Assembly (NCBI GenBank): GCA_963793305.1
Contig: CAWBZV010000005.1
Span: 416,001-480,000 of the forward strand
DNA: 64,000 nt
Source of the DNA: an uncultured Gemmatimonadales bacterium
GTDB taxonomy: Bacteria; Gemmatimonadota; Gemmatimonadetes; Gemmatimonadales; Gemmatimonadaceae
Reading direction: 5' to 3'
Each line of letters starts with the position of its first letter. Position 1 is the stretch's first letter. The notes beneath the pieces are model-generated. The model worked only from the letters and a program-made list of their open reading frames with translations, was not told where the DNA came from and ran no database searches. Positions 1 through 9,706 of this stretch are shown here, piece by piece. The position numbers and the translations under genes are program-made.

Positions 1-420
1 GAGGTGCCGCTCCACGACGAGATCGACTTTCTCGAGCGGTACCTCGAAATTCAAAAGATGCGCCTGGGCGACCGCCTGCAGGTGACGCTGGACGTCCCAT
101 CGGAGGTCGCCGATATCCTGGTCCCGTCGTTCGCGATACAACCGCTGGTCGAGAACGCGATCCGTCATGCGATCGCCCCGCGGCGCGCCGGCGGCCATCT
201 CGAGATCCGGGCGACGCAAGTCGATGGCCGCTTGCGTGTGACGGTAGCCGACGACGGGCCGGGCTTTCCGGCCGAAATGGGGTGGGGGATAGGCCTGGAG
301 AACACCCGCGCGCGCCTCACGCAACTGTACGGCGACGAATGCCGATTCATCATCGCCGACCGAGCGACGGGAGGCGCGTCCGTGACGATCGAGCTCGTCG
401 CGCGCACGAAGACCGCATGA
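1..420 (+). CDS. LytS/YehU-family sensor histidine kinase, C-terminal part (begins before window)
   Basis: HATPase motifs QPLVENAIRH, DDGPGF, GIGLENTRARL; ATGA overlap with LytTR regulator. Confidence 0.9.
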   Translation, partial: EVPLHDEIDFLERYLEIQKMRLGDRLQVTLDVPSEVADILVPSFAIQPLVENAIRHAIAPRRAGGHLEIRATQVDGRLRVTVADDGPGFPAEMGWGIGLENTRARLTQLYGDECRFIIADRATGGASVTIELVARTKTA

Positions 421-1196
421 ACATCACGGCGGTCATCGTCGACGACGAACCGCTCGCCCGCCGGCGCATTCGCTCGCTGCTCGCCCGGGAGCGCGATATC
501 GAGGTGCTCGAAGAATGCGCCGACGGCACGAGCGCCGTCGACGCGATTCGACGCCGCCGACCGGATCTCGTGTTTCTCGATGTCCAGATGCCGGAGATGA
601 ACGGCTTCGCGGTCCTTCGCGCGCTCGGGAGAGACCTCACGGCGGCCGTCGTCTTCGTGACGGCCTACGAGCAATTCTCGCTGCGCGCCTTCGACGTCCA
701 CGCGCTCGACTATCTGCTCAAGCCATTCCATCGCCGACGCTTCCAGGAAGCGCTGCGCCGCGTTCGACAGCGCTTCACCAACGAACGCGAGCTGGCCGAC
801 GTCCGCGTGCGCCTGGCCGCGCTCCTCGAGGCCTCCGACGACGGCGCCGACACGGTCCGCGCGGCTCCGATCGAGCGCCTGGCGATCCGCACGACGACCA
901 AGGTCGCGATCGTGCGCGTGCGCGAGATCGACTGGATCCAGGGCGACGGGAACTACGTTCGGCTGCACGTCGGGGGTGCCGTGCATCTGCTCCGACAGAC
1001 CATGAAGGCGCTCGTCGGCCAGCTCGACCCGAGCCTGTTCGTCCGCATCCACCACTCCTGCATCGTGAACGTGGAGCGCGTGCGTGAGCTTCAGCCGTGG
1101 TCGCACGGCGACTACGTCGTCGTCCTCGACAACGGGAAGCGCCTCATGTCGAGCCGGACCTACAGCGGGAATCTGCGCCGCGCGTTCGCGCTGTAA
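417..1196 (+). CDS. LytTR-family response regulator
   Basis: Receiver motifs IVDDEPLARR, FLDVQMP, FVTAY, DYLLKP; LytTR motifs GNYVRLH, FVRIHHSCIVN, SRTY; start at ATG 417. Confidence 0.95.
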   Translation: MNITAVIVDDEPLARRRIRSLLARERDIEVLEECADGTSAVDAIRRRRPDLVFLDVQMPEMNGFAVLRALGRDLTAAVVFVTAYEQFSLRAFDVHALDYLLKPFHRRRFQEALRRVRQRFTNERELADVRVRLAALLEASDDGADTVRAAPIERLAIRTTTKVAIVRVREIDWIQGDGNYVRLHVGGAVHLLRQTMKALVGQLDPSLFVRIHHSCIVNVERVRELQPWSHGDYVVVLDNGKRLMSSRTYSGNLRRAFAL

Positions 1197-1278
1197 CTCC
1201 AGTTGGTGTCACGGGTGGTCCGCACGGTCCCGTCGCCGCTGCGAAGTCACCCGCGAGCGTGCCACCGTTGGCGCATTC

Positions 1279-1770
1279 ATGCGCAACCTCATTCTAGGTT
1301 TCACCGCGGGCCTCGCGACCATCCCGTCGGTTCTGTTCGTCGCAGGCCTACTCGGTCTTCTCCCGACTCGGTCCACGGACACTCCGCCAGCCTGGGAGAC
1401 AGCCTTCGGGCGCCACGCTCTGCACGCGGCCGCCGCGATCCACGCCCCTCATCTCCAGAATCCGGTGGCCCCAACCGACTCCAGCCTCCGTGCGGGCATG
1501 AAATACTTCAACGACCAGTGCGAGGGATGTCACGGCTCCGTGAAGCGAGACAACTCGGTCGGTCTCTATCCACCCCCACCGCGTTTCGCGACCCATCCGC
1601 CGACGCTTCCGGACTGGCAGTTGTTCTGGATCGTGAAGAACGGCGTTCGGTACTCGGGAATGTTCGCGAACGCCAACGTCGCCGACGAGAAGATCTGGAC
1701 TGTCGTGACCTTTTTGCGCCACCTGGACTCGCTCCCGCCCTCAGTCGCCGCCGAGTGGAAGTCGCACTAG
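1279..1770 (+). CDS. Membrane-anchored c-type cytochrome
   Basis: N-terminal hydrophobic helix, CEGCH haem motif, LFWIVKNGVRYSGM (distal Met). Confidence 0.85.
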   Translation: MRNLILGFTAGLATIPSVLFVAGLLGLLPTRSTDTPPAWETAFGRHALHAAAAIHAPHLQNPVAPTDSSLRAGMKYFNDQCEGCHGSVKRDNSVGLYPPPPRFATHPPTLPDWQLFWIVKNGVRYSGMFANANVADEKIWTVVTFLRHLDSLPPSVAAEWKSH

Positions 1771-2348
1771 GTCAGCGAATTCCAGAATTCGATCGTGCGA
1801 GGATTGACCGGTCGCTGCCGTCTGATCCGCGAGCTGATCTGGTGCGCGAGAATCTGACGCAGCACGCCGTCGGGGTCGCGGGGGACGCGCTTCGCCAGTT
1901 GCGCGCGCTGCTTGCGCCGGCTCTTGCGGCCGGGTTCCAAGAAGTCGGCCAGATAGAGCATCTTCCCCACGTCATCCCAGCGCGGGTGCCCCACGCTGTG
2001 GTACCGGACCGCGCTCAGCACCCCGCGGTCCGACTCGCCGTGCGACGCCGCGAGCTCGGCCGCCGCGTGGCCATGGCCGATGCCATCCGGCAGCTCGGCG
2101 TCCCTCAGCGCGTCATGCAGCCAACACGCCGTGAGCCACCGCTGGCGCTCCTCTTGGCTCACGTCCATATCGTCTGCCCACTCGTCGAGAAGCGCGATCA
2201 TGCGCCGCACATGGGCCCGCCGCTTCTTGCCCGCTTGCGCCCAGTCCGGCAGGTCCGTCGCTGCTTGCGCAGGCGCCGGTCGCCCCCGGACACGTCGGCC
2301 GAAGAGCCGTAGCAACAGGTTGCGGGTGCGTTGAGCGAACTGGGGCAT
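1767..2348 (-). CDS. HD-domain phosphohydrolase (YqeK-like)
   Basis: WLHDA, GHGHAAA, VRYHSVG, LYLADFLEPGR. Confidence 0.8.
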   Translation of the reverse strand: MPQFAQRTRNLLLRLFGRRVRGRPAPAQAATDLPDWAQAGKKRRAHVRRMIALLDEWADDMDVSQEERQRWLTACWLHDALRDAELPDGIGHGHAAAELAASHGESDRGVLSAVRYHSVGHPRWDDVGKMLYLADFLEPGRKSRRKQRAQLAKRVPRDPDGVLRQILAHQISSRIRRQRPVNPRTIEFWNSLT

Positions 2349-2384
2349 GGCCGGACATAAAATAAAAGCTCCCCGCCGTTCTGG

Positions 2385-2873
2385 TCAGCGCGTCCCGTGG
2401 CGGGTGTATAGCCCGTCGAACACGATCTGCCAGGTCGCGCCGCCATCCGACGACGTATCCCACACCTGCCGGACGCGATTCGGATCGCCGTGCTCGCGTT
2501 GCCACGTGATGCGATTGATGATCGCGCCACCCGTCGCACTCACGCCGGGTCCGCTCAAGACCATCTTGTCGCCGGCGAACGACCCGTCGAGCAACAGCAG
2601 GGTGCCCTGATCATCGACCCAGGTCTGATGCCATTGCTTGCGCGTCGCGTCGTACACGTTGAAGCTCGACCCGCGCGTTCCACGCGCGCCGACCCAATGC
2701 TCTTGCAACACGCAGCCGCCGAGTGGCCGATCGATGGAGTTCGTGCCGACGACATTGCCTTTGGGTCCGGTCACTGTCCAATCGCCGACCCAGAAGTCGA
2801 ACTGATGGTATTCGGGTGCCGCGCAGGCGGGGGCGACGAGCATCGTCAGCACGAGACCGACAGAGACGATCAT
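2385..2873 (-). CDS. Secreted hypothetical protein (DUF1579-like)
   Basis: Signal peptide; QFDFWVGDW, WHQTWVD, SSDGGATW motifs. Confidence 0.75.
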   Translation of the reverse strand: MIVSVGLVLTMLVAPACAAPEYHQFDFWVGDWTVTGPKGNVVGTNSIDRPLGGCVLQEHWVGARGTRGSSFNVYDATRKQWHQTWVDDQGTLLLLDGSFAGDKMVLSGPGVSATGGAIINRITWQREHGDPNRVRQVWDTSSDGGATWQIVFDGLYTRHGTR

Positions 2874-2962
2874 GGTGCGCTCCGATGGTGGGTGTCGCAT
2901 CCAACATGACGGTGACCCACGCACCGCACCAGACGCGTGACGATTTCCGCACAACCCGATGA

Positions 2963-3328
2963 CTAATTCTCGTCCCGATGCACGGTCGTCGTCGAAAACG
3001 CCGGAATACAGATCGCGACATACTCCGCGCCGCCGGCATCTGGGCTGCTATAGCGAATCCATTCCCCCGGTTGCGCGATGACGGCCTGTCCCGCCTTCAC
3101 CTGGAGCGCGCCGCCGTCGTACTCCACTCGCAGCATCCCGCGCAGCACGACCGTAATCTCCTCGAACTCCGGTCGTTGACCCGGTTCGGCCCACCCTTCT
3201 GGAGAAACCATTCGGGCCACACTGACTGTCGCATGACCGGACCGCATCCGCCCGGCGTACTCCTCGATGCGTTTGGGCTTGTTCCCGACGGCCGGGATCA
3301 CGGCCGGTGAGTCGATCAGTATCGGCAT
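2963..3328 (-). CDS. Cupin-domain protein
   Basis: EPGQRPEFEEITVVLRG...AGQAVI...GEWIRYS cupin pattern. Confidence 0.85.
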   Translation of the reverse strand: MPILIDSPAVIPAVGNKPKRIEEYAGRMRSGHATVSVARMVSPEGWAEPGQRPEFEEITVVLRGMLRVEYDGGALQVKAGQAVIAQPGEWIRYSSPDAGGAEYVAICIPAFSTTTVHRDEN

Positions 3329-3421
3329 TTTTATCGGAGGGGGAAAGCACGTCCGTGATTTCGCGGATTCGACCTGGCGAGTAATCAGTGGAAGTACAGC
3401 CTCGTCGACAAGTGGGTGGAG

Positions 3422-4546
3422 TTACAGGATGCTTTCGACCAACGTGGCCCAATAACTGGCGCCAATCGGCAGGATGTCGTCGTTGAAGGCATAGCGGGAG
3501 CTGTGTAGGCCGACGCCGTCGACAATGGGCCCATTGCCGATCCACAGGTAGCAGCCTGGCCGCGCCGCCAACATGAACGCGAAGTCCTCGCACCCCATGC
3601 TCGGCACGACGTCGCGCTGCACCTGCTCGTCGCCCGCGACCGTTGCCGCCGCCCGAGTCGCCCACTCGGTTGGCCCGTCGGCGTTCACCGCGGGAGGAAT
3701 CGGCTTGTAGTACGCGATCTCGCTTCTCACCCCGTAGGTCGCGGCCACGCCGTCCGAGACTCGCCGGATCGCATCCCTGAGAACCGCCCGAAGCTCTGGC
3801 CTCAAGTACCGACAGGTCCCGCGCAACACGACCTGCTCGGGAACGATGTTCCACGTATTCCCGCCCTGGACCTGCGTGACGCTGACGACGGCCCCGTCCT
3901 GCGGATCGATCGTCCGACTCACGATGGTCTGGACGGCGCCGATGCACGCCGCCGCGGCAACAATGGGGTCGTCGCCCAGGTGCGGCATGGCGGCGTGCGC
4001 ACCGCGCCCGGTGATGGTGATCTCGAACTTGTCGTCCGCCGCCATGATCGGCCCGACGCAGACGCCGAACGAGCCCACGGCCAGCCCCGGCCAGTTGTGC
4101 ATCCCGTAGACCGCCTCGACGGGAAACCGCTCGAACAGCCCATCCTCCACCATCTTCTGCCCGCCGCACTCATTCTCCTCGGCGGGCTGAAAGATGAAGT
4201 GCACGATGCCGTCGAAATGCCTCGTCTCCGCCAGATATCGCGCCGCGCCGAGGAGCATGGCGGTATGACCGTCGTGGCCGCACGCATGCATAATGCCGTG
4301 AATGGGTAGCGCGTCCATATCCGCGCGCAGCCCGATCGCCCGTCGCCCACGACCGGCGCGGAGCGTTCCGACGACCCCGGTGCTGGCCAGGCCTCTATGG
4401 GTCTCGATGCCGAACCCGGCCAGTGTCCGGGCCACCAGCTCCGATGTTCGATGCTCTTGAAAGGCCAGCTCGGGGTGCATGTGAATGTCATGCCGCCAGG
4501 CTTTCATGTCGGCATGAAAATCGACAATGCGTTCGATGAGGGGCAT
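3422..4546 (-). CDS. M20D amidohydrolase (hippurate hydrolase-like), with short internal deletion
   Basis: HPELAFQE, LRADMDALP, MHACGHDGH, FQPAEE, GxHAAMPH, EDFAF, LH motifs. Confidence 0.93.
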   Translation of the reverse strand: MPLIERIVDFHADMKAWRHDIHMHPELAFQEHRTSELVARTLAGFGIETHRGLASTGVVGTLRAGRGRRAIGLRADMDALPIHGIMHACGHDGHTAMLLGAARYLAETRHFDGIVHFIFQPAEENECGGQKMVEDGLFERFPVEAVYGMHNWPGLAVGSFGVCVGPIMAADDKFEITITGRGAHAAMPHLGDDPIVAAAACIGAVQTIVSRTIDPQDGAVVSVTQVQGGNTWNIVPEQVVLRGTCRYLRPELRAVLRDAIRRVSDGVAATYGVRSEIAYYKPIPPAVNADGPTEWATRAAATVAGDEQVQRDVVPSMGCEDFAFMLAARPGCYLWIGNGPIVDGVGLHSSRYAFNDDILPIGASYWATLVESIL

Positions 4547-4561
4547 GGCCGAAATCGTAGT

Positions 4562-5377
4562 CTATGCCCGATCTCCCGGATTGAACGTTATTGCACCCGG
4601 CGTGACGCCATACGCCGCCTTGAATTTCCGGATGAGATGACTCTGATCCGAAAATCCCACGGTAACCGCCGCGATCGCCGCCGACTCGCCGTCGAGCAAG
4701 AGTCGCTTCGCGCGCCGGAGCCTGAGCTGTGTCTGATACCAATGCGGCGGCAGCCCGACGTGTCGGCGAAACGCGCGGAGCAGTTGAAATCGATCGACGC
4801 CGGCCATGGCCGCGAGCTCCGTCAACGAGCAGTCGTCCGCGAAATGCTCCGAGAGATACTCCCTTGCGATCCTCACTGCCCGCGGCGTGGATCGTTCGCC
4901 CCCGGCCCGCGGCGGAACCCCGCCATGCCGCCGCGCCAGCGCGGCGACCGCGGTCAGCAGTCGCGTAAGACTCTCGAGCCGGGGCTCGGGACGCTCGAGT
5001 GCGCGGTGCGCGTCGAGGATGCACTGGGCGAGCGCGCGATCACTGACGACGGCGTCCGGGAAGAACGGCGTAGCTTCGAGCACGGTCTCCACGACCGCGC
5101 GGTCGAGGTAGATCATACGATACGAATACTCGTCACCGCGCCCCGCGGGCCCGCCGTCGTGCTCGTCCTCGGGATTGACGATGATGACGCGTCCCGGAAT
5201 AGCAGTCCACACTCGACCGCGTGCCCAGAACGCGTGCGCCCCAGCGACGACGGCGCCGAGCGCGTAGCCCTCATGCGAATGCCGCGCGTAGCGATGGGAG
5301 CTGGCGTCCCATCGCAAGAGCTCCACGCCAGCAATCCCTGCGGGTCTCCAGTATCGGGAAACCATACGATCATACAA
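4562..5377 (-). CDS. AraC-family transcriptional regulator (cupin sensor + HTH)
   Basis: RHSHEGY, NPEDEHDG; LLRAFRRHVGLPPH; GFSDQSHLIRKFKAAYGVTPG. Confidence 0.95.
   Translation of the reverse strand: MYDRMVSRYWRPAGIAGVELLRWDASSHRYARHSHEGYALGAVVAGAHAFWARGRVWTAIPGRVIIVNPEDEHDGGPAGRGDEYSYRMIYLDRAVVETVLEATPFFPDAVVSDRALAQCILDAHRALERPEPRLESLTRLLTAVAALARRHGGVPPRAGGERSTPRAVRIAREYLSEHFADDCSLTELAAMAGVDRFQLLRAFRRHVGLPPHWYQTQLRLRRAKRLLLDGESAAIAAVTVGFSDQSHLIRKFKAAYGVTPGAITFNPGDRA
4578..4595 (-). promoter_or_regulatory. Variant AraC-type box in the araC 3' end, upstream of amidohydrolase
   Basis: TGCAATAACGTTCAATCC; TACGAT starts 19 nt and ATG 32 nt past its end. Confidence 0.6.
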
Positions 5378-5390
5378 ATTAACTCACACC

Positions 5391-6255
5391 ATGAAATTAC
5401 AAATGCTGCACGTCGTACTGCTCGCCGGCGCCGTCGCGGCCTGCCATTCGTCAGATCCGTCCGCTCGCGCGCCGGTCCTCAGGATTTCGGCCATTCCAGA
5501 CCAGGACCCCGAAAAGCTGCAGCGGCTGTACGGCAAGGTCTCGACGTATCTCTCGACCGCGCTCGGCGTCCCGGTCGAGTATCGCCCGGTGACCGATTAC
5601 ACCGCATCGGTGACCGCATTCAAGGTCGGCGATCTCGATCTCGTCTGGTACGGTGGCCTCACCGGCGTGCAAGCGCGACTACAGGTCCCCGGCGCACACG
5701 CGATCGCCCAGCGCGACATCGACACGGCGTTCCACGCGGTGTTCATCACCCGTCGCGCGTCGGGCATCCGATCGCTCGCCGATCTCAAGGGCCATACGTT
5801 CACATTCGGCAGCGAGACATCAACGTCGGGGCGGCTCATGCCGCAGTACTACCTGCACCAGGGGGGCGTGGAGCTCTCTGACTTCCGTGGCCCCCCGGGA
5901 TTTTCGGGGTCGCACGACAAGACGATCGCCCTCGTCGCGGCCGGCACCTACGACGCCGGAGCGCTGAATGCCCAGGTGTGGCAAGCCCGCGTCGCCAGCA
6001 AGGCGGTCGACACAACGCAAGTCGTCGTCTTCTATGTGACGCCGGCATTCCACGACTATCACTGGGTCTTGCGCCCCGAACGTCGAGCGGCGCTTCGGCG
6101 CGGGATTCGCCGATAAGGTGCGGTCCGCGCTGATCACGCTGGATCAACAGGACATCCTCGACCTCTTCGGCGCGCACCGCTTCGTGAGCGCGGCGGACAG
6201 CGATTACACACAAATCGAGTCCGTTGGTCGCGCCATAGGAACGATCGTACAGTGA
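5391..6255 (+). CDS. phnD: PhnD/PtxB-like (putative selenate/phosphonate) ABC substrate-binding lipoprotein; +1 frameshift at CCCC 6074-6077
   Basis: Lipobox VAAC, SAIPDQDPEKL, TFGSETSTSGRLMP, GSHD; removing one C restores PNVERRFGAGF...VQ* ending at TGA 6253-6255, which overlaps the next GTG. Confidence 0.85.
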
Positions 6256-6944
6256 TCGTCGCGTTACGGCACGTGAGTCGCCGGTTCGGCGAGCGGCTCG
6301 CCGTCGACGACGTGTCGCTCAATGTTCGCGCCGGCGAGCGTGTCGCGCTCATCGGTCCGAGCGGCGCCGGCAAGACCACGCTGCTGCGGTTGATCAACGG
6401 GAGCGTCGGGCCGACCGCCGGTCACGTCACCGTTTCGGCGGCGCGCCGCGAGATCGGGACCATCGACCAATCCTTGGCGCTCGTCGACGCGCTCCGGGTC
6501 ATTCACAATGTCAATGCCGGTCACCTGGGTCGCTGGTCGACGCTGCGCGCGCTCGTCTCGTTGATCGTCCCGCGGGAGCGACCACACGCCGCCGCGGTGC
6601 TCGAAGGACTCGGCATCCCCGAGACAATCGACGCACGCACTGGCGATCTATCGGGCGGCCAGCGCCAACGAGTCGCGATCGCGCGCGTTCTGGTACAGGA
6701 CCCGCTGCTCGTCCTCGCCGACGAACCGGTCTCGCAGCTCGACCCCGAGCGCGCGCGGATGATCTTGACGCTCCTCGCGAGTCGCGGCGGTACGCTGATC
6801 GCCAGTCTGCATCGTCCCGATCTGGCCCGCGAATACTTCGACCGAATCATCGGCCTCCGTGCCGGGCGCGTCGTCTTCGATCGGCCGCCAGCCAACGTCA
6901 AAGCGGCGCTGCTCGAGCAGCTCTACACGGTCGCGCCGCCGTGA
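6252..6944 (+). CDS. phnC: PhnC-like ABC transporter ATP-binding protein
   Basis: Walker A GPSGAGKTT, LSGGQRQR, LADEPVSQLDP, SLH. Confidence 0.9.
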   Translation: MIVALRHVSRRFGERLAVDDVSLNVRAGERVALIGPSGAGKTTLLRLINGSVGPTAGHVTVSAARREIGTIDQSLALVDALRVIHNVNAGHLGRWSTLRALVSLIVPRERPHAAAVLEGLGIPETIDARTGDLSGGQRQRVAIARVLVQDPLLVLADEPVSQLDPERARMILTLLASRGGTLIASLHRPDLAREYFDRIIGLRAGRVVFDRPPANVKAALLEQLYTVAPP

Positions 6945-8428
6945 AGCTCGACCGGCCGCGGCGTGCCCGCGGCGTCGGTCTCGTTGTCGTGCTGCTGCTC
7001 GGGTGGTCTTTTGTTCGGGCGGTCGGCGGGCATAGCGCCATCGCGAACCCCGCGGGCTGGCCAATGGTTCGCGCGTTCGCGACCGCGGCGTTGCACCCGG
7101 ATCTCTCGCCATCGCTCGTCCGACTCGCGTTCGTCTCGAGCGGCATAACGCTCGCATTCGCCACCGTCGGAACGGCCGTCGCCCTCGTCATCGGCACGGT
7201 CGGCGGAGTGCTCTCGTCGAACATCTGGTGGGGCGACCATCGACCCGCCGCGACGATCTGCCGCGGATGCTTCGCCATCCCGCGCGCACTCCACGAAGTC
7301 GTCTGGGGCCTGCTCCTGCTGAGTTGCTTAGGGCTGTCGCCACTCACCGCGATTCTCGCGATCGGCATCCATTACGGCGCGATCACGGCGCGCGTCACCG
7401 GCGAGACGCTCGACGACACGCCCGCGGCCGCGTTCTATGCGCTCCGCCTGGCCGGCGCCCGGCGTCTCACGGCGCTGTGCTATGGATTGCTGCCCGGCGC
7501 GGCCCCGGATCTCATCGCATACGGCTTCTACCGATTCGAGTGCGCGATCCGCGCCAGCGTCGTCCTGGGGATGATCGGCGCCGGCGGCTTGGGATTCCAG
7601 GTGCTCCTCAGCATGCAGTCCTTGCGCTACGGCGAAGTCTGGACGTTCGTCTACGCGCTAATGGTGCTCTGCGGTCTTACCGACGTCTGGAGCGCGGCGG
7701 TACGGCGAAGGCGCTTTCGGTCTCCTCGGGGCTCGCTCGCCCTGGCGGCGCTGCTCCTCGCGTGGTCGCTCTGGTCTCTCCCACTCGACCTGTCGCGACT
7801 GGTCAGCTCCCACACCTATCATCTGCTGGGGGACGTTCTCTCACGCGCCTTCCCTCCGCGTCCCGCGTCGAATCTGCTTTCGCTCTCCGCCGACACCCTG
7901 GCGATGTCGATCCTGGCGATCGCCATGGCCTTCGCGGCTGCGCTCCTCGTCGCTCTCCGACGGGGTATCGTGAGCCGGTTCGTGTTGCTCCTCAGTCGTG
8001 CCGCGTCCGCGCCCGTCTGGACGCTGATCGCGTTGTTCGTACTGTTCCCCGGCACACTGCCCGGCGCCGTGGGCTTGGCGGTGTTCAACTTCGGTGTGCT
8101 CGGCCGTCTCTTGGGGGATGCGATCGAGGACTTGCCTCGTTCTCCGATCGCGGCGCTCGAAGCAATGGGCGCCCGACCCTGGAGCGTCGCCCTCTACGCG
8201 GTGCTCCCCGCGCTCAGGCCGCGGGCCATTACGCTGGCCGCCTATCGGTGGGAGGAGTGCGTGCGCGGCACTGTCCTAGTCGGCCTCGTCGGTGCGGGAG
8301 GTCTGGGCACGCTGCTCACACAGCAACTCGCCGCGTTCGACTATCGCGGTGTCGCCGCCACGCTCGGCGCGTTCATCGTTCTGACGCTCGTCGCCGAGTG
8401 GTTGGTCCGGGCCATCTCGAGGTCGTGA
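6941..8428 (+). CDS. phnE: PhnE-like ABC permease, two fused permease domains
   Basis: Two copies of YRFECAIR/YRWEECVR...GxxGAGGLG; many TM helices. Confidence 0.88.
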   Translation: MKLDRPRRARGVGLVVVLLLGWSFVRAVGGHSAIANPAGWPMVRAFATAALHPDLSPSLVRLAFVSSGITLAFATVGTAVALVIGTVGGVLSSNIWWGDHRPAATICRGCFAIPRALHEVVWGLLLLSCLGLSPLTAILAIGIHYGAITARVTGETLDDTPAAAFYALRLAGARRLTALCYGLLPGAAPDLIAYGFYRFECAIRASVVLGMIGAGGLGFQVLLSMQSLRYGEVWTFVYALMVLCGLTDVWSAAVRRRRFRSPRGSLALAALLLAWSLWSLPLDLSRLVSSHTYHLLGDVLSRAFPPRPASNLLSLSADTLAMSILAIAMAFAAALLVALRRGIVSRFVLLLSRAASAPVWTLIALFVLFPGTLPGAVGLAVFNFGVLGRLLGDAIEDLPRSPIAALEAMGARPWSVALYAVLPALRPRAITLAAYRWEECVRGTVLVGLVGAGGLGTLLTQQLAAFDYRGVAATLGAFIVLTLVAEWLVRAISRS

Positions 8429-8467
8429 TGATCGTCTACGCGAACGACGATTCCAATGGGCGGCGCC

Positions 8468-8860
8468 CTACCAGCGCGCCAGCTGGGTGATTTGCACGAG
8501 GTTGCCGCAGGTGTCCTTCAGCTGGGAGATGGTCGCCCCGGTCACCGAAGTGGGCGGCATGGTGAACTCGGCGCCGCGTCCCTTGATGCGCTCGTAGTCA
8601 CCTTTGACGTCGTCGCTATAGAACATGACCGCGGGCTGATTCTGCTGAAACATCGCTTGCTGGTAGGTCGCGGCCGCGGGATTGCTGTTCAACTCCAGAT
8701 GCAACTGGGTGCCGTCCGGTTCCTCCGTCGAGCCGACCGTGAGCCAGCGATACGGACCCTGCGAAAAGTCCGCTTTCTTCACGAGCCCCAACACGTTCGT
8801 GTAGAACGTGAGCGCCTTGTCCAGGTTATCAACGTAGATATTCGTGAGCTTGATCTTCAT
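8468..8860 (-). CDS. VOC/glyoxalase family protein
   Basis: IYVDNLDKALTFYTNVLG, RWLTV, DTCGNLVQI. Confidence 0.9.
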   Translation of the reverse strand: MKIKLTNIYVDNLDKALTFYTNVLGLVKKADFSQGPYRWLTVGSTEEPDGTQLHLELNSNPAAATYQQAMFQQNQPAVMFYSDDVKGDYERIKGRGAEFTMPPTSVTGATISQLKDTCGNLVQITQLARW

Positions 8861-8877
8861 ATGACTCTCCTCGTGTC

Positions 8878-9300
8878 TTACTGCAGTTCCGCGGCCACTC
8901 GTTCCAGGCCGCCAATGAATTTGTTCCAACCGTACTTCGCGCCGTTGTAGGCCGCGGTCTGCTCCGCGCCGAATCCCGAGTGCTCCATGCGCACGAGCGT
9001 GCCGGCCTCCGTCGGCGTCAACGTCCATGCGACGACGCTCACCAGTCCCAACGAGCCCCAGGTGTAGGACAACCGCTTATTGGGTTCGTCGACCACCAGC
9101 ACTTTGGAGTCGATGATGCCATCCCAACCGGGCACCGGCGTCGAGCGGAACTGGAACGTGTGGCCCACGGTCGGCTGAAAGTCGTTGTCCATCAGCCACT
9201 CCTTGATCAGCGCGCCGTGCGTGAGCGCGCGCCAGATCTTCTCGGGCGGATGCGGCATCTCGCGTTCAATGACAACCGAGCGCGTCGTGGCGGTGCTCAC
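8878..9300 (-). CDS. SRPBCC/Aha1-domain protein
   Basis: PPEKIWRALT, LSYTW, GTLVRMEHSGF, GW. Confidence 0.9.
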   Translation of the reverse strand: MSTATTRSVVIEREMPHPPEKIWRALTHGALIKEWLMDNDFQPTVGHTFQFRSTPVPGWDGIIDSKVLVVDEPNKRLSYTWGSLGLVSVVAWTLTPTEAGTLVRMEHSGFGAEQTAAYNGAKYGWNKFIGGLERVAAELQ

Positions 9301-9620
9301 GTGTCCATCCGGTTCAAGAGATCCTCGAGCCGATCGAACTTGTCGGGCCAGAAGTCGCTGTAGAAACTCAACCAGTCGATCAGCGGCGCGAGTCCGCGCC
9401 GTCGAGCGCTGTAATGCGTCTCCCGGCCCGTCCGACGCCCGCGAACCAGCCCCGCGTGTTTGAGCGCGCCCAGGTGCTTGGATACCGCCGGCTGAGATAC
9501 GCCGGAGCTATCGGTCAGCACCCGCACCGTCAGTTCGCCCTCTCGACTCAGGCGCTCGAACAACGCCCGACGGGTCGGATCAGCGAGAGCGGTGAAGAGT
9601 TTCCCGGACGCGGCCAGCAT
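9297..9620 (-). CDS. ArsR/SmtB-family regulator
   Basis: FTALADPTRR, SQPAVSKHL, AGLV; head of ArsR-SRPBCC-VOC operon. Confidence 0.92.
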   Translation of the reverse strand: MLAASGKLFTALADPTRRALFERLSREGELTVRVLTDSSGVSQPAVSKHLGALKHAGLVRGRRTGRETHYSARRRGLAPLIDWLSFYSDFWPDKFDRLEDLLNRMDT

Positions 9621-9655
9621 GGAGTATTCATAACCCACGAGTTATGAATTGTCAA
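9621..9655 (-). promoter_or_regulatory. sigma70 promoter with overlapping 9-bp inverted repeat (ArsR operator)
   Basis: TTGACA-17-TATGAA-6-ATG; ATTCATAAC-N6-GTTATGAAT at 9626-9649. Confidence 0.75.
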
Positions 9656-9706
9656 GCGACGCCCATCCCGTTGCTCGGCCGATCCACGTGGCCTCATTTT
9701 ACCGGC

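Noticed and set aside
1197..1278. LytTR direct-repeat site upstream of cytochrome c (CCAGTTGG...ACCGTTGG)
   Set aside because: Repeats too degenerate and spacing not convincing
6074..6080. Programmed ribosomal frameshifting or phase variation at the broken genes
   Set aside because: No slippery heptamers or long tracts; lesions are scattered across unrelated genes, which fits sequencing error
5391..8428. C-P lyase or phosphite oxidation pathway
   Set aside because: Only the transporter is present; no phnG-M or ptxD in the window
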